From Octopus sinensis (taxonomy: Eukaryota), in NCBI RefSeq assembly GCF_006345805.1, contig NC_042998.1, forward strand, positions 145,266,001-145,330,000: a stretch of 64,000 bases of DNA. Direction: 5' to 3'. This document shows positions 26,385-40,761 of this stretch, one piece after another (within the stretch, counting starts at the first letter, position 1; every line of letters begins with the position of its first letter). The notes beneath the pieces were generated by a model, which was given only the letters and a program-made list of their open reading frames with translations, was not told the DNA's origin and made no database searches. A program made the translations under genes and the position numbers.

Positions 26385-29300
26385 CACCGGGGACGTTTAA
26401 GATGTAAGAAGGAAAATACAGAGCTCCGAAATCTATCCACAAACATCGAAAACAAGGACATCCTATGGAGCCAAAGATTTACTAACAAAGAATTGGACTG
26501 TATCCGAGTAAGTAATACTAATTGAAATTTATTACTATTTTCGAAACGAAATGATGTATTTTGACTCGATATTATCTCCACTTCTAACAGAACACATGTA
26601 AACATGCGTGGAACATCACGATCATCCCCGACCTCAAACACCATGTACAAAGGAACTACGAAGAAATTAAATGCCACCGATACTATTCAACCCAAGAATA
26701 ACAATCGAGCGGTACGTACATTAAACTTACAACAAAAAATGTACGAAAAACTACACGTGCGAAATAATGTGACAACAGAAATAAACGGACCGGTACCCTA
26801 CGAAAATGACGACCGTCAAAATAATGGGCCGGACGTTGTACCTCATGTCCCGCAAATAAAAGCCAAAAGACGTAAATGGACACGAAAGGAATACATTTCT
26901 ATCTTACACGCATACTTCACAGCAATGCTCTACCCAAAAAATGAAAATACAACAACACATACATATAAAATATGGAAGGAAAATGATGGAGATATAGACT
27001 TGGATACAACAATGAACCCTAATAAATTAGCTAACGTACGAAGATACATTCTCAAAGCCAAAAAAATATCAGAAATAGAAATAGAACATTTAAAAGAAAA
27101 AATACACCAGGAAAATGTAGATAGAAGCCACACAACAATGCCCAATAATATAAACACTGAAACTGTAAAACACGAAGACAAACGCAACATTCCCAACAAA
27201 CACGATGTAAACAACGAAGGGGAGCCTAATGATTATGATAATATAAAAAATAAAATAATCAAAGAACTGAAAACCACAGAGCCCAAAATGGACCACCGAC
27301 CATACCTCCCAAGAATAAAAATAAACGAAATAACAACACCAATTATAAACAGCATAAACCTAGCCGTCACTGAACTAGCCACTGAAACAAAAAAAAGTGA
27401 TATCACTGAACTAAATGACTTGATATACGCAGCAGCCACTGCAGCCACAAAAGAAGCTGGATACTCACCCAAACCCGCCCAAACAGGAGTACCACCACCC
27501 AAACAAACCCTGTGGATAAATAACATCCAAAACAAAATGAAAAAAATTAGAAAAGACCTGTCGATTCTTAATGAAATCAGCAAACAATCAACGCTACTGA
27601 GCAACAAAAAGAGAACAAAAATGCTCCGCAAATATAACATCACAGAAAAAGATTTGCCGGAGATAAAAGAAAAGCTGAAGCAAGATATCCTTGCCAAAGC
27701 TCAAAGGATCCGCCGGTACGAGAAACGCCAACGCTTCTTTGAACAGAACAAAAAGTTCAACTCCAACCCCCAAAAGTTCTACCAAGAACTGGGAAAAAAT
27801 AAAATAGAAGTCACTGCAGCACCAACGGCAGAAGAATTGGAAGAATTCTGGAGAGAAATATGGTCGGCGAACGAACAGCCAAAAGAAAAAGGAGTATCAA
27901 AATAACAAACTCGGCATCTGAACAACTTTGGACCCCCATAACAACTGAAGAGGTCACCCAGGCACTGCAAAAACTAAGCAACTGGAAGGCACCTGGGCAT
28001 GACAAGATCCCCAACTTCTGGTTGAAATATCTAACAGGAATGCACAAAAAGCTGGCTGAAAACTTTAACAGCATACTAGCAGAGCCAGAGACAATGCCTG
28101 AATGGCTCACGAAGGGGAAAACCATCTTAATTCCCAAATCAAATGAGACAGCAAAACCAGAAAACTACAGACCAATAACCTGCCTCCCTACTATGTTCAA
28201 GGCATTCACTGCAGTGATATCGCAAAGGCTGAACAAGCACCTGGACGAAAACAAACTGTTCCCAGAAGAGCAGAAAGGATGCCGCAAAGGCTCATATGGC
28301 TGTAAAGATCAACTAATGATTAATAAAGCCGTAACTGAAGACAGCCACAGAAAGAAGAAAGGCCTCAGTATGGCCTGGATTGACTACAAAAAGGCGTTTG
28401 ATAGCATCCCCCACACATGGATCCTCGAAACACTAGCCATTAACAAAGTAGCACCAACAATCATAAAATTCATAGAGCACTCTATGAATAAATGGCAAAC
28501 AGTCCTACACCTCCAAACAAAAGAGGGACTCATGAAAACCAAAGACATCCCCATTAGAAGAGGAATATTCCAGGGAGACACGCTCTCTCCACTCCTTTTC
28601 TGCTTGGCACTGTCACCTCTATCTGATATGCTAAATAGAACTGGATGCGGATATAAATGTTACGGCAAAACGATCAGCCACCTTTTATATATGGATGACC
28701 TAAAACTATACGCTGCAAATGACAAACAGCTGGAAACACTATTAAAGACAGTTCATGGATTTACCAAAGAAATAGATATGAAATTTGGATTAGAAAAATA
28801 CGCCAAAGTAACCCTGAAAAGAGGAACACTAGTTAAGAGTAACATCACACTAGATAAAACCAATGAAATAAAAGAATTAGACCAAAGCCAAACTTACAAA
28901 TACTTAGGAATCCATGAACTAGATAAGACACAACACACACAAATGAAAGAGAAAATAAAAAAAGAATATTATAGACGAGTTAGATCAATACTAAAAACAA
29001 GATAATAGGTATCAACACTTTAGCTGTCCCAGTTATAAGTTACAGCTACAATATCCTTAACTGGACACGAAATGAACTGTCCAAAATAGATAGGAAAACA
29101 AGAAAAATACTGACAGGATCTAGGATGCATCACCCAAAATCTGACATAGAAAGACTATATATACAACGTATAGAAGGTGGTAGAGGCCTTATACAGCTGG
29201 AAAACTACTATAAAATAACCACCATAGGACTGCAAAAATATCTACTTCAGAAGGAAGGAAAACTGATCCAGATAGCAGCAAAACACGAGCAAGACAAAAA

Positions 29301-30304
29301 ACTGTTCTCAGTATTTAAGGAAGCTGACAAATACAAACAAGAAATCATACCACCTAATAAACACGAAGAAGAAGAAGAAGATGATGAAGAAACAACAAAA
29401 GCTATAAAACAAATGAAATCCAAACTAAAAATAGAACAGCAACGAACCATGATAAAACGATGGCAAGAAAAGCCCCTTCATGGTAAATACTGCACTAAAC
29501 TAAACGCAAAAGAAATAGACAAAGAAAAATCCCAGCAATGGTTGAGAAGCTCAGGACTCAAAGCAGAAACAGAGGGATTTTTAATTGCAGCACAAGACCA
29601 AAGCCTCCCCACCAGAAATTACCAAAAACATGTAATGAAAAGAAATATTACAAGTAACTGCAGAATATGTGGAGATGGACAAGAAACAATAAATCATATT
29701 ATCTCTAGCTGCCCAGTCCTGGCTAAGAAGGAATATATTCACAGACACGACAGAGTTGGGACCTACATACATTGGAAGCTATGCCAACATTATGGAATAA
29801 CAACAGAAAAAAGATGGTATAGGCACACACCAGAAAAGGTCACAGAAAACGAGAAAGCAACCATACTCTGGGATATGCCGATACACACAGATAGAGAAAT
29901 TAAGGCCAACAGACCAGATATAGTTGTCAGAGATCATGAAGGAAAAAAACGCTTTCTAATTGATGTATCAATACCGGCAGATGACAACGTGTCTCTAAAA
30001 GAAATGGAGAAACTCTCAAAATACAAAGACCTGGAAATAGAGGTAACTAGAATGTGGAATCTGAAAACAGAAACAATTCCTATCATAGTAGGTGCATTAG
30101 GCATGATAAAAACATATTCAGACAAATACATAACAAACACATATAACATACAGAAAATTGCACTACTAGGCACTGCACACATCCTACGCAGAACACTTTC
30201 CATACAATAACCATCAGAGCATCACAACAAATCACAGCACATACCCAAGGCACACAGAGCTGCGCTCGGTAGTGAAGTGAAAGCACGCTATAAAAATAAA
30301 ACTA

Positions 30305-30308
<4 letters not shown>
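26385..30308 (+). mobile_element. Near full-length R4/Dong-clade non-LTR retrotransposon (Myb-like N-terminus, RT, zinc knuckle, restriction-like endonuclease) with two frame disruptions
   Basis: ORF pieces 26604-27905, 27860-29005, 29125-30210: RRKWTRKEY, WKAPGHDKIPNFW, ENYRPITCL, GIFQGDTLSPLLF, LLYMDDLKLY, YKYLG, CRICGDGQETINHIISSC, RHD, RPDIVV...LIDVSIP, EKLSKYKDL; (TAA)n on both sides. Confidence 0.93.
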
Positions 30309-30382
<74 letters not shown>

Positions 30383-30469
30383 TATTATTATTATTATAAT
30401 CCTTTGTACTAATGGCATAAGATCTATAGTAGGCCTTGAACCTATAGTGCTAAAATAATAATATAATCC

Positions 30470-31140
30470 TTTCTCCCTTCACCACAAGACCTGAAATTTG
30501 GTGGGGCGGTGGGGAGAGCTAGTTGATTAAACCGACCTCAATACCTTGCTAGTACTTAAATTATCAACTTCGAAAAAGTGAAAGGTAAAGTCAACCTTGG
30601 CAGAATTTGAACTCAGACTGTAAAAACGTAGGAAGGAAAGGAGATAAACAGTTTGCCCGGTGTGCTAACAGTCCAGCCAGCTTGCCGCCTTAATAATGAT
30701 TTCAAATTTTTGCCACAAGGACAGCTTGGGGGAGGAGATTAAGTCGATTACATCGATCCTAGTGCGTAACTGGTACTTATTTAATCGACCTCGAAAGGAT
30801 GAAAGGCAAAGTCGACCTCGGTGGAATTTGAAATCAGAACGTAAAGACGGACGAAATAACGTTAAGCATATCGCCCGGCGTGCTATCGAATCTGCTAGCT
30901 TACCGCCTTTGCCGTATTAATGATAATAAAATGATAATGGTTTAAAATTTTGGCAGGAGGCCAGCAATTTTGAAGGGAGGGGTAAGTCGATTACATCGAT
31001 CCCAGTGCTCAACAATTTATTGACCCCGAAAGGATGAAAGGTGAAGTCGACTTCAGTAGATTTGAACTCCGAACGTTATGTCGGAAGAAATGCTGCTAAG
31101 CATTTTGTCCGACAACTTAACGATTCTACCAGCTGGCCAC
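30470..31140 (-). mobile_element. Three consecutive SINE family 1 copies
   Basis: The gaaagg(c/t)aaagtc(g/a)acct..g..gaatttgaa motif recurs at about 30580, 30800 and 31035. Confidence 0.8.
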
Positions 31141-32984
31141 CACGATGGTGATTATAACAGCAATGATCTTAATAATTTTGACACTCTTACTCTCTATGGC
31201 AGCATTTGTCTGGTTTTGTATGTCTTAAAAAATTTCATTGAGATTATTACATTATTGGAACAATTACAATTTGTGACAGTAATTTTTAAGACAACGAAAG
31301 ATTTCTGCTGTCGAAACTATTTAGCTGTGAAATTATTTTAAGTTTCAATGGATTTAACCTCAAATATTCTACATTTAGCCAATCTATTTATCCAACGGAA
31401 GGATAGTTACGGTCTTTTCGTAGTATTATGAGAGACGGAAAGAGTAAAGGAAGTGATTGGTCATACTTGCTCTTTCAATCTATTATAACACTACACTGAC
31501 TTTTATAGTTCCCATATTTGTTGGTATTGTAAAGTGTCAGTGTTGTTGTTAATATTGTAAAGTATTAATGTAGTTGTTAGCATTGACAGTATCATACTTT
31601 ATCCGTGTATTTGTTAGCATTGTTTGTATTAGTGTGGTTATTAGTATTGTAAAATATTGATGCGGTTGTTAGCATTGTAAGTATTGTTGGTATAGTTGTT
31701 AGTGTTGTTATCGTTGGTATAGGTTGTCGTCTGAGTTACAATCCACGTGATAATCTACTGCGAGGAGTGTTAAGATGTTGAGTAAAAGGGATATTTTTAC
31801 ATTTATAACATCATGGAGATGATGATGACGATGATAACGATGATAATGCCAACAACGACAATGATGATGACGATGATGCTGATAATGCAACAACAGCAGC
31901 AGTAGCAGAATCAGCATCATCGTCAGCAAAAGCTATTCGGTGATCTAGGTTTAGGGAAGTCAGAAAAATTAAAAGAAAAAAAAAACATTTTAAATCACCC
32001 TTTACGAATCTATAGCTTACGATGCATGTATCGCTTTTTTTAAAGCCAGTTGGGAAGGCAAAACCCCGGATCTTTTTACAGGGCTTTCGAAACTGGTAAT
32101 GGAGGGAAGGAGGGCGAGATGAAGGGAGGAAAGGAAGAAAGGAGGTAAGGAGGGCGGGAGGGAGGAAGGCAGGAGGGTAAGAGAGGAGAGAAGTGGAGAG
32201 GAGGGGTGGAAGGAAAGAAGAGAGGTATTTTTAAACCAGAGACCTTACCCTAAAGGAACCCATATTGCTAGGTGGTGGTGTTAAACTGGGCAATGAATTA
32301 AGTCTAACATCCACGTAAGCCATGGTTGGATTTCAACTAAGGACACAAAAGTCTAGAACGAATACCAAAAGTTAACTGCTTCGACTAGATGGTCAGAACA
32401 AAAACTGTGTGGCATTCTGTACGACACTCTAACGACTCTGACACTTCCACATTTAATTAGATTTGGCAGATATTTGAGTTGTTTATTATCTCCCTTTCTT
32501 GAATTGCTGTCTCAGCATTACTATAGAGTTCTCTAGTGCTGAGGAGATCTGACAATATAGATTAGTTTTATTATTGTTATACTTATAAACACTATTTAGA
32601 AGTTTGTCTTTGTGTTGTAAGGTAACGGTCTGTTTAATAATGGTTGCATTATAATGTACTTCTAGTTGAACTTACACAGCATAGAGTAACTATTGTTATG
32701 TTTGCAAACTTTTTTTAGAAGTTTGTTCTTAATCTATCTCAGATAACAATCGCGTTTAACGGTGGCTGTATTGTAGTAAACTTCTAACTGATCCTAGACA
32801 ATACCAGGTTGCGTTAAACGTTTTTTTCGGATTTTCACAGACGACTCTTGGCAACTTGTATCTCCATGTTATATCATTAATTTCATACAACTTTTTGTCC
32901 AATTGTTGCTGAACTGATTATTCTTTATTTTCATTTGTAACATAGAAACATTAATTGTTTATTATTTACTCTTCAGTGCTTTGA

Positions 32985-33160
32985 GAATGAGTGGTGAAAA
33001 AATTACAATAAGAGCCAGTATACGCTACCTGTTGAAAAAGGACTGAGAGTAAGGATAGCGACAAAAGAAATTAATGATGTGCAAGGCAAATGAGCTGTCA
33101 ACGAATGTATGGCACAAAACTAGTTCAGACATTTCAAGGAAGGTGATACCAGCCTCGACA
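32985..33160 (+). mobile_element. Mariner transposase N-terminal HTH fragment
   Basis: IRASIRYLLKKGLRVRIATKEINDVQGK*AVNECMAQN*FRHFKEGDTSLD resembles the mariner HTH ending WF..FK.GD.SL.D. Confidence 0.65.
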
Positions 33161-33329
33161 GAATATGAACTTGACGGAATATGAACTCAGAGCAAAAAGA
33201 CGGATGAAGTACCACTAAGCATTTCTCCCGGCGTGCTAACAATTCTACTAGCTCGCCGCCCTTGCAGGGACAAAACAAAGAAGGAAAAGAAGGGACCCGC
33301 AAATTCAAAAGTTATCGAATGACAGAAAG

Positions 33330-33890
33330 TTTAAAGAACTGACTATCATAGACCACTCAGAGGAAAACAAGACGAAGGTAGTGAGTTCGAGCAAAGAAGC
33401 TATTAGAATGGAATAACTTATGACTGACAGGAAGCTCAACAGAGAAACAACGCGAAGAAAAACGGGTGACAAGTTTAAAAGGTTTGACAGAGGGTACTAG
33501 ACCAGAAAGTTCATCAGAGCAATGACCATAGGAATAATTATAGAAAAGACACAACAAAGATACATTTCGACTATGAGCAAAAGATTCCAACTCAGCAGAC
33601 AGAAGAGGATCCACTATGTTAACAACTCGATTGTGAATTCGATCAAGCAAGCTAAAAGACTCAGCAGAGCTATTAGGTCAAAGATGACTGCAATATTCAG
33701 TGGGAGCTCGAATGGTTTCCTTATAAATATACAAGATACTCTCAGACGAGCACAGAGAGAGATTCAACTTTCTTAGCAGCCGACATGGCAATAAACTGAA
33801 CATATTTGTTTCAAAAGAGATATCAGGTAGAAATCAAACCAAGAAGTCGGTAGTAGACCGGTAAGTTCATCAGAGTGATAGATGATAAAA
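33330..33890 (-). mobile_element. 3' fragment of a CR1/Jockey-group LINE
   Basis: LDRIHNRVVNIVDPLLSAELESFAHSRNVSLLCLFYNYSYGHCSDELSGLVP...HSNSFFART is the typical post-RT C-terminus of this group. Confidence 0.7.
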
Positions 33891-34175
33891 CTATTCACAG
33901 TTTTCTGGCTTCTTTCTGACATCTCTTGTGTAGGTATTCTTTTGCATTTTCCGTTCTTACTTTCAATTTAATATGTTTTGTCTCTGTGAAAACCGCATTC
34001 TTGCTTCAGTATCTTAATCATTAGTTACTAAAATACACGGGAAACATTCTATTACAATGTCAAACTTATTCTATGATAATACTGTTCTATATATTTTTTC
34101 ATATAAGGAATTCTGTACATTATTTACCGTTATTTACATTGGACGAATATATGTCTTCATACGTTATATGCCCAC

Positions 34176-34254
34176 GGGCATATAGCGTAATAGTTAAGAG
34201 CACAGGCTATTAACCCCAAGATTGCGAGTTTAATTCCAAGCAATGCTTTGAATA

Positions 34255-34312
<58 letters not shown>

Positions 34313-34496
34313 TAATAATAATAATAATAAATAATAATAATAATAATCAGCAAAACATACCTTAGGAATACCTAGGGTTGGGTTCAAAATTCTATCAGGA
34401 CACCTGATGAAGGCTGGAGAGTAAATCAAGTGAAACTTTATGGTAACAACAAACAAGATGACATATATCCGCCCAATGCAAATAATGTAAATAATT
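34176..34496 (+). mobile_element. tRNA-derived SINE with internal (TAA)n and hammerhead-like 3' tail (family A)
   Basis: A-box-like TAGCGTAATAG (34183-34193), B-box-like GAGTTTAATTCC (34226-34237); ggacac-CTGATGA (34404-34410)-aggctggagagtaaatcaagt-GAAAC (34432-34436). Confidence 0.7.
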
Positions 34497-36125
34497 ATTC
34501 TATTATAGGATATCCACGAAATTCACTGTTACACTGTTTACATTACTGCCATAACACACTTGTCATTCTTTGCTACAATATCTACACTATTTAAAGTTTA
34601 AATATCCTTACCAATGTTTACAGCCCTACTATTACTCCTAGCTTCGTATCCCACCTAACCTCATAGTTATCAGTACAAGCTCTAGCATTAAAATATCTAT
34701 GGCACTCAATGATACAATATTGGCACTCGTTGCCGTTACGATACAAATCCATGTTTCCGTCACAATGCCCGCGTCATTTTGCATTTAAATATCATGACTG
34801 TTATTATACTCAAATAAACTTTGCGACTAGTCAATATCAATATCAGTAATTTTGCTACAATGCATACATTTTACGTAGAGAGATATATACTGAAAAGGTA
34901 TCTTAAGTCAGTTGATTCGGTGAACGATAAGTTGATAAAACAGTGTTTCGTCATGTAGAAACACTCACGTGTTTAAACTAGCAACAGTGAAGATGTTTAT
35001 ATAATGTTTATATGGAAAGTTAGTTTAAGTTCCAATTATGAGACTGTAAATAATGCAGTCGATGTATGTAAATAAATATTATCTAGTGCTACTTCTAAGA
35101 ATATTATTACACAGAGTAATGACTATAAAAGCGCGGAAAATGTCAAGTAGATATTATCTAAGAGAATACAGTGTTCGCATAGCAACATGGATGTGTAATG
35201 TGGGGTGGAAAGGAAAATGAATAACCCATAATGCACGGGGATACCAAATATGCGCAAGCAACTAATAAGACGAAAGTAGAATTACAGTTGTATGCGAATC
35301 ATAGAGCAGAAAGCAGATATTTAACTCAGTATATAATGTTTAAATTGATAAACCATCAAACGGAAAGTTTCTGAGAGAAACGAAGTAGAATTCTACAGAA
35401 CTCTTGACGCTTATAGTTTATTCAAAAGTATGAAGAAGTCCTTGATAACTTTAGAAAGATACACAATAAGAGAAAGAGAGAGATGAATGTATATTCACCT
35501 TTGATTTTAGTTTTGTATGCACTGAAATTTCACACAATAATTATATTGATAAATCATACAAGCTTGTGGACTTGCAATTTGGAAAGAATGAATGAAAATG
35601 ATTTCCGTCTTTCATCAAACATTGCTGTTTATTAATATAAACGAAAACAATATGTTTCCTTATACGAGGGGAAATCAGTTTCGATTTCCAGTTAAAGCAG
35701 TTTTATCTCATATAAATATAAACTCTACAAAAAGGATATTTTTTTAATTTATTTTATTTGTTTATGTTATTATATTCAATATTATTGACTATCGATCAAC
35801 GAAGACGTACTTTTTCATACCACTTTTTGAAGCTCTAGATTTCACCAAATTTAAACTGCATGAAAGAATAACTTTTTTGGATTATTTTCATTCAGGAAAA
35901 CTTTTGAAGAATATTTTGAAAGCCTGACCATATGGGTCAAGACGACTAAAATCCTAAGCTAGTTTCTTTTGATACGACTGCTTCTACTGGATGAATTACA
36001 TATCCAGTTTTTCAATATTTGGGTACTTTGTTACTGTAGATAGAATTTATTTAGAGCCATATTACGTTTGTTTATTTATTTATTTCTAGTGATGTGTGTC
36101 CGTTTATAGTCCGAAAAAGTGTTTA

Positions 36126-36288
36126 TAGGAGTGGCTGTGTGGTAAGTAGCTTGCTTACCAACCACATGGTTCCAGGTTCAGTCCCACTGCGTGGTACCTT
36201 GGGCAAGTGTCTTCTACTATAGCCTCGGACCGAACAAAGCCTTGTAAGTGGATTTGGTGGATGGAAACTGAAAGAAGCCCGTCGTATA

Positions 36289-36358
<70 letters not shown>

Positions 36359-36594
36359 TATGTGTGTGTGTGTGTGTATGTGTTTGTATGTCTGTGTTTG
36401 TCCCCCAACATCGCTTGACAACCGATGTTGGTGTGTTTACGTCGCTGTAACTTAGCGGTTCGGCAAAAGAGACCGATAGAAAAAGTACTAGGCCTACAAA
36501 GAATATGGCCTGGGGTCGATTTCTTCGACTAAAGAGGCGGTGTTCCAGCATGGCCACAGTCAAATGACTGAAACAAGTAAAAGAGTGAAAGAGA
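36126..36594 (+). mobile_element. Full-length tRNA-derived SINE family 2 with internal (TA)n(TG)n
   Basis: ggagtggctgtgtggtaagtagcttgc...GGTTCAGTCCC...gaaactgaaagaagcccgtcg[microsatellite]...cagtcaaatgactgaaacaagtaaaagag; reverse complement of 55243-55683. Confidence 0.88.
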
Positions 36595-36599
36595 GATCT

Positions 36600-37140
36600 T
36601 TGTGTATCAATTTACGTGCTCTCCTGATAGTTTAGATGCTCCCAACGTTAACTTCGATTTGTTGTAATGTTTGTTAAGTGTAGGCTCGACGGTATATTTT
36701 TATTGTGGTTGTGTACTTGGTTAAATACTTCCATCGGGACTTCCGTGGTTTTCACCACCATTTAATATTTTCTTATTACTCCGTGTTTCTATTTGTCTTA
36801 TTGCTAAACCGTGTTTTTATCCTGTGTTGTGGATTCTGTCACATTTCAATTGTTTCCACTGATATTTATTGTTTATAATGTCGTTTCTGCTAACATTATC
36901 TTTCTTTTGTAAAAACATGTGTTTCTTGAGTGACGGCTCTTGTAATGTTTTCATTGGTTCGTAACAGGTTGTCTTGTCTATGTATAGTCGATTGTGTATC
37001 CTTCCTATACAATTATGAAATTCAATTAATGTTAATTGTGAATCTCTCTTTAATTCGCTAGTGTGCTCGGATTTACATTTTTTCTCACTTCGGTTTTTAC
37101 GCTCCACAACCCATACGTATCTTTTGTAATAATCTTATGC
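36600..37140 (-). mobile_element. Probable decayed N-terminal fragment of an R4/Dong-type LINE
   Basis: DTYGLWSVKTEVRKNVNPSTLAN*REI resembles TYKIWKEN...MNPNKLANVRRYI in ORF 26604-27905. Confidence 0.4.
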
Positions 37141-37361
37141 GTAGATAGATATAAGTAGATAGAAGAGGCCGTGGAGTATTGGGTACCAAGTAGTGGGGAA
37201 GAGTTGTATTAGGTGAAAAATCATGAAAATAATTACATTTGAGTGTGAGACATGACTGAAATTACAAGGCATACATACGACACATGCATGCATATATATA
37301 TGTAAAACCTATATATCATGTATTATATGTTATATATACTTCGAAACTGAGAAAAAGAGGG

Positions 37362-37445
<84 letters not shown>

Positions 37446-37452
37446 ATACAAG

Positions 37453-37493
<41 letters not shown>

Positions 37494-37596
37494 ATATATA
37501 TATCCATACAGGAATACTTATGTATAGATATGTATAAATATATACTTATGTGTATATGTATACATGTATACTTACATACATACATAAAAGCATATA

Positions 37597-37671
<75 letters not shown>

Positions 37672-38158
37672 TATATATAATATATATATATATATATACA
37701 TACATACATATATACATAAATACATACATACACACATTCATACATATATATTACTATATTACATATATAACATATACATAATATGCAACATTTCGTATGG
37801 TAACAAAAAAAAAAAAATTGATCAATTTCATCAAATTGGTTCTACTGGCTCTGATTGTTCGACTCGGTAATTAGTATTGTCGATCATATTTGATTGGTTA
37901 GTTGCCATGGTGGGCAGACTCTCTCAATACGACGTGACGTTAATGCGTTAATCGTCTTGAAATTTAACTTCAAACTTAAAATAACAAATGCATCAAATTG
38001 TATCTCGGGAGCCTTTTAGTATGGCGATGGTGCGAGTGAGTGTAGACGAAAGACAAGACAAATGCGTTGTCTGGAATTTAGAAATGACTTGCGAGCTTAG
38101 ACGCACAAACCTCGTATTACACCACGTCACATCCCATGCACATACGCCCAGGAGTCTT

Positions 38159-38251
<93 letters not shown>

Positions 38252-38276
38252 ATATTTATCGATGTATATATATATA

Positions 38277-38318
<42 letters not shown>

Positions 38319-38541
38319 TATATTATATATATATACATACATACATACATACATATATACATACATACATACATACACACATACACACATACACACATAA
38401 ACAGTAAATTGTTTGTGAGCATACGTGAGTCTATCTTTACCTACATATTTTCGCCATTCCTAACATTATAGCTTTCCCGTATCTTCTTCCTATATATATA
38501 TGTGTGTGTGTGTATACATACACATGTATATACACGTGTTG

Positions 38542-38590
<49 letters not shown>

Positions 38591-38648
38591 GATGCGCGCA
38601 CACACACACATGTGATATATAAGCACATACAAACATATACACATACGT

Positions 38649-38686
<38 letters not shown>

Positions 38687-39415
38687 ATATATATATAATA
38701 TGTGCTGAAAAGGGTAAAGACACAAATATATATATCTTTATACATACATTCTTTTACCTTATCTCACACTGCCTTACTCTCTCTCTCTTTCTCTCCAATT
38801 TTGTTTCTGTACACACACGCACAAATATAATGCATACACACTATATATACATACATAGATATACACGCACTCGCGCGCTCATACACACTCGCGCGCTCAT
38901 ACACACTCGCACATATGTATGAGTGTAATGTATGAATGTATGTTTGTATACATACATGCATATAAATGTACATGCATAACTACTTACATGCAAAATATAC
39001 ATATATATATATATATATATATGCATACAAAATATACACATACATAAACATGTACATACCTATCTAGATACAAACATACACGCATAATTATATACACGCA
39101 TACATACGCACATACGCAAATGCGCACATACTCACATGCGCACAAAGCACGCATATATGTGTCACCATACACACGCACTCACACATACACGTGCGCATAT
39201 ACACACATATGGTTACGTATGCACATACATACGTAAATTCCTGTGTATGATATGGGTGATTATTTTGAAAAGTTCCAAATAAGCTCTAATTAAATATATA
39301 GACATAAACCTGAAGAAATGGTAAATACAGTAAATAGTAAGAAAACAGCAATTTTCTCTGTAACAGAAACCTGTGAAGAGTGTAATAGAAAACTGATGAC
39401 TTGTCTTTCTATCTT

Positions 39416-39489
<74 letters not shown>

Positions 39490-40082
39490 ATGTACTATGT
39501 ATAGGCACAATCCTTAGCACACCGAGCAAATTGCTTAGCAGATGTTTTCTACTATAACCCCGGACTAACCAAAGCCTTGTGAGTGGACTTGCTGGATGGA
39601 AACTGAACAAAGTCTGTCGTGTATATATATATATATATATGTATGTATATATATATATATATATATTAAAAAAATTTATATATATGCATATGTAATAACC
39701 TTCGATATGCTTAAAAAGAATACATGTTCATTATGGACTTCCAGTAATACGTGCGCAATGATATACGGTAACCTCTATTATATTGAACTCGGCTGGAAGG
39801 AAGTGCTCATAACCAGTTTACAGTTTGTACGCATGCGCGCTACTTGGCAAATATTTGGTGCTCGAGTATCTCTATAATTTCATATGCTATTTGTATGTGA
39901 TATAAGATATTCAAAAATTTTCCTTGCTTGTTTCTTACACATTGAAAAACATTGGCTGTATATTTTCTTCCTGTTTCTTTAATAATAATAATATTTTGTT
40001 TTAAGCCTGTTTCATTTGCTGACAGCGTTTTGTGTCGAAACTTTTTCAGTAGTAGAATTCGCTGTTACTATTATAGTTTATG

Positions 40083-40262
40083 TTAAGGCGGCGAGCTACA
40101 GGAAAATATTCAGCGGCATTTGGGCCGTCTTCAAACTCTGCCGAGGTCGACATTCCTTTTCATCCTTTCAAGGTCGGTGAAATAGATACCAGCTACGCAC
40201 TGGGGGTTGGTGTAATCGACTAGCCCCCTCCATCAAAATTTCTTGCCTTGCACCTATGGTAG
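40083..40262 (+). mobile_element. SINE family 1 copy (internally deleted)
   Basis: aaggcggcgagct...gccgaggtcgacattccttttcatcctttcaaggtcgg. Confidence 0.7.
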
Positions 40263-40652
40263 AAACGATTATTACAGTTTATGTTTCATTGTCTTTTCTA
40301 AATTTATATTCTTAATTTATTCATCATTGTTTTTTTTTCTTTTATATCTAATGGACATTCTGTTATCATTCGGTGAAAAATCATAAAAATAATTACATTT
40401 GAGTGTGAGACATGACTGAAATTACGAGACATACATACGACACATGCATGCATATGTATGACCAGATGTTAGGGCTGATGTGGTCGCAGAAATTGCCTGA
40501 CAGTCATCACTGGGTTCTCATGTTTGGTGCAGAGTCCTGTTGCGAGACATTATATATTATTATTATTAATATTGCCAAGCAATACAGTATGTCGTTTCCA
40601 AATTTCTGGCGAGTGAATTGCGTCATGGTGCTGTACATTTATTCAATTATTA

Positions 40653-40729
<77 letters not shown>

Positions 40730-40761
40730 GTTATTGTTGTTGTTGTTGTTGTTGTTATTTT

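Noticed and set aside
26385-26603. HDV-like ribozyme at the 5' end of the Dong element
   Set aside because: Such ribozymes are known in some R2-group and RTE elements, but I could not see a nested double pseudoknot; the element may be slightly 5'-truncated.
35661-35930. Possible mariner-type MITE beginning TATACGAGGGG
   Set aside because: Could not identify a matching right-hand TIR with confidence.
39305-39380. CTGAAGA...tacag/ctgta...GAAAC as a possible hammerhead
   Set aside because: No G10.1-C11.1 pair, no NUH followed by a stem I partner for the upstream taaac, and no second copy in the window.
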